Origin: Tubiluchus corallicola
Taxonomy: Eukaryota; Animalia; Priapulida
Assembly: GCA_030141605.1 (NCBI GenBank)
Contig: JAQGDQ010000762.1
Coordinates: 1 to 64,000, forward strand
Length of the DNA stretch: 64,000 nucleotides
Direction of reading: 5' to 3'
The position numbers and the translations under genes are program-made. The notes under the pieces are model-generated. The model did not search any database and had not been told where the DNA came from. It saw only the letters and a program-made list of their open reading frames with translations. Shown here piece after piece: positions 62,201 through 64,000 of this stretch. Each line of letters begins with the position of its first letter. The first letter of the stretch is position 1.

Positions 62201-64000
62201 AGAAATATGGCAGCCATTTGACCAAATGAATGGGTCTTTAGTCTATCAAAACGGTGAAAAAATGCTCATTTTAACTCAAAGCATGAAATTTTTGCTTGAA
62301 GCATGAAGTGCTGGAACCCATTAAGGTGATTAATTTTAGTCATGAAATCAATCGAAATTTGTCCAATATGGCCGACAAGGTGGCTCTTGATATAAGGGCC
62401 ATATCTTTTAGAAATTGTAAACAAAGTCTACACATTTTTGTCAACTAACATGCACATACTGTCACAATGTAGCAAGATATGGTTCCTTGAACGAATATTA
62501 CATGTACAGTATTATATAATGCATTACCACATTCTACTTAATGTCTGGAATAAGCGGATAACTAAGGTATATAGCTTTTCATGAAATTGCAAATGTCACA
62601 GGCCTGAAAAGAATCAGTTCTGTTAGTTTTTAGCAGTTGCGGATTTCAGCAAAATGTTAAAGCAAAAGTACGAGGTAAGTCAACTGCATAGTTCTAGGAA
62701 TAATAATTAGTGATATGAAATTCTGTTACTATTTCAAACACTTACAATGTAGAACAGACAATATTTTTCTTCTACAGACAAAATCTGAAGTTTGGTCACA
62801 ACCAATAAAACCTGACAGAACTGACGTTAATTATTAATTTTATTTCAATTTCCAATTACGAGGTATTCTACGGGTATTACATTTATACCCTCAAAAGCCT
62901 TTGTCGAGTTTCAATAAATGTTTCACCAGATCCACCAACATACATTGCTTTACCACTGGGATGTTCTAATTTGCCTTTATGAATTTCGTGCAAGCGAGAC
63001 CTGCAGAATAATAAAATGTCTGCACTTTTATGAGGTTTCAAAATTTGCCAGCACTTCCTTTTAGCAGCCATTTGCTATAAGTACAGTCTTGCAAGTATTG
63101 AAGCAGCAAGTTTTGAATTAATCTATTTTTAAAACAACTAAATTCATCTGCAGTCCAGATACATTAAAAGTTATCAGTAAAAATTGAAATTACACACATT
63201 AATTATCTCTAGAGGAAACATTACATGATATGTCAGGGTATGATGTATCTTTTTTGCTGCCACTTACTGAGTCGTTAGTATGAAACAGCTATAATAAGAA
63301 ACAATGATAATTAATAAAGGTGCAACTATAAACAAAGGTACTTTTTGGACAATTTTTCTCCAAAGCTTTTATTTTTTGTTTATACAACTATAATCAACTA
63401 ACAACAGAACATATATATGTATAGATTTGGACCCACAGATTAATTACAAAGCACAAAGTTAAATCACAACCAGTTCAAAGTACAATAATCTGATTCTATA
63501 TCCCACAATAAATCTGCCCTGTCTGAACTCTAAATTAAAGTGTGACAATAGCCAGACCCACAGCTTATTTGCAAGTTTTAGCGGTTGGGCCACACATATA
63601 AATGTCGGCTATGTCACAATTATTTAATTTCACATTATGGTTCAACATCACTTTCAAAATGAAAAGCTATAATGGTTGCTGGTTAGTGGACCTGTAAGCC
63701 CAGGTTCCAACTACACATAAGTTGTAAGCCAATCCGTATAACAAAAAATGATATTATTATATACCTTCTGCACAACAGTCCATCTAGACAAATTAACTCC
63801 CATCTTTAAAAACTGTTAATTAATAAATTTTATGCTTTTTATTTCCTATCTGTTTTTTCAGAATTCACTTTAAGTTTGGGTTAAATCAAACAATTACAGC
63901 ATAACTTTTACGGTATTTAAACTTTATTAAGGGTTTTAAAATTTACATACCTTAGGTAAGGTATTTCAGCAAGAGCAATTTGAAGTTTTGCTTCTTTTGT
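53238..64000 (-). CDS. GTPBP6: HflX-family GTPase (mitochondrial ribosome recycling/biogenesis factor), 3' portion; 5' exons lie beyond the right edge
   Basis: Exons >64000-63951, 63000-62889, 61963-61843, 61220-61012, 58596-58448, 56207-56052, 53373-53238 with consistent phases. Motifs: TKEAKLQIALAEIPYLRSRL, GGSGETFIE, G1 GYTNAGKTS, G2 DKLFATLD, G3 DTIGFISD, G4 NKCD, G5 ISSTKG. Confidence 0.94.
57245..58169. mobile_element. Degenerate hAT-type MITE in a GTPBP6 intron
   Basis: Left end CAGTGACGTAACTAG...GGCGCCCGGTGCG...GGCACCCCC and right end GCCACCCGGGGCGG..CCCCCCCCCCGGCTATGCTGCTG resemble CAGTGGCGTA-type hAT MITE termini. The 8-bp flanks match at only 5/8. Confidence 0.55.
58920..58991 (-). 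mobile_element. Possible degenerate tRNA-derived SINE head
   Basis: On the minus strand, A-box-like TGGCCGAGG and B-box-like GGTTCAATGC. A similarly decayed head may lie at ~51645-51710. Confidence 0.25.

Noticed and set aside
63541-63618. Imperfect 15-bp inverted repeat in a GTPBP6 intron
   Set aside because: Short and bulged, most likely a remnant of an old repeat; not enough to call an RNA structure.

Overview
AT-rich eukaryotic (bilaterian invertebrate-type) genomic DNA with spliceosomal GT-AG introns. No prokaryotic features, CRISPR arrays, rRNA or intact tRNA genes were seen. Gene models were built by hand, with splice phases checked at every junction. Left to right: first coding exon of a PiT/SLC20 phosphate transporter (-, runs off the left edge); complete mind bomb 1 E3 ligase (MIB1, -, 4 coding exons, 999 aa, one 2.6-kb exon); SEC61B (+, head-to-head with MIB1); complete 15-exon mitochondrial glycerol-3-phosphate dehydrogenase GPD2 (-, 722 aa); an intronless C2H2 zinc-finger gene (+); a 4-exon, 148-aa Shisa-like six-cysteine single-pass membrane protein that the ORF track mostly misses (+); and the 3' part of the HflX-family GTPase GTPBP6 (-, runs off the right edge). 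Introns and intergenic DNA hold decayed LINEs, an internally deleted Academ-like DNA transposon, several MITE-like elements and long inverted repeats. I see no evidence of a new multi-gene system. The best leads are the orphan Shisa-like gene, the intron-depleted MIB1, a palindrome-array TIR element in the GPD2/ZNF divergent promoter region, a wobble-paired hairpin in SEC61B intron 1, degenerate GPD2 EF-hands and a possible U12-like intron in GTPBP6.
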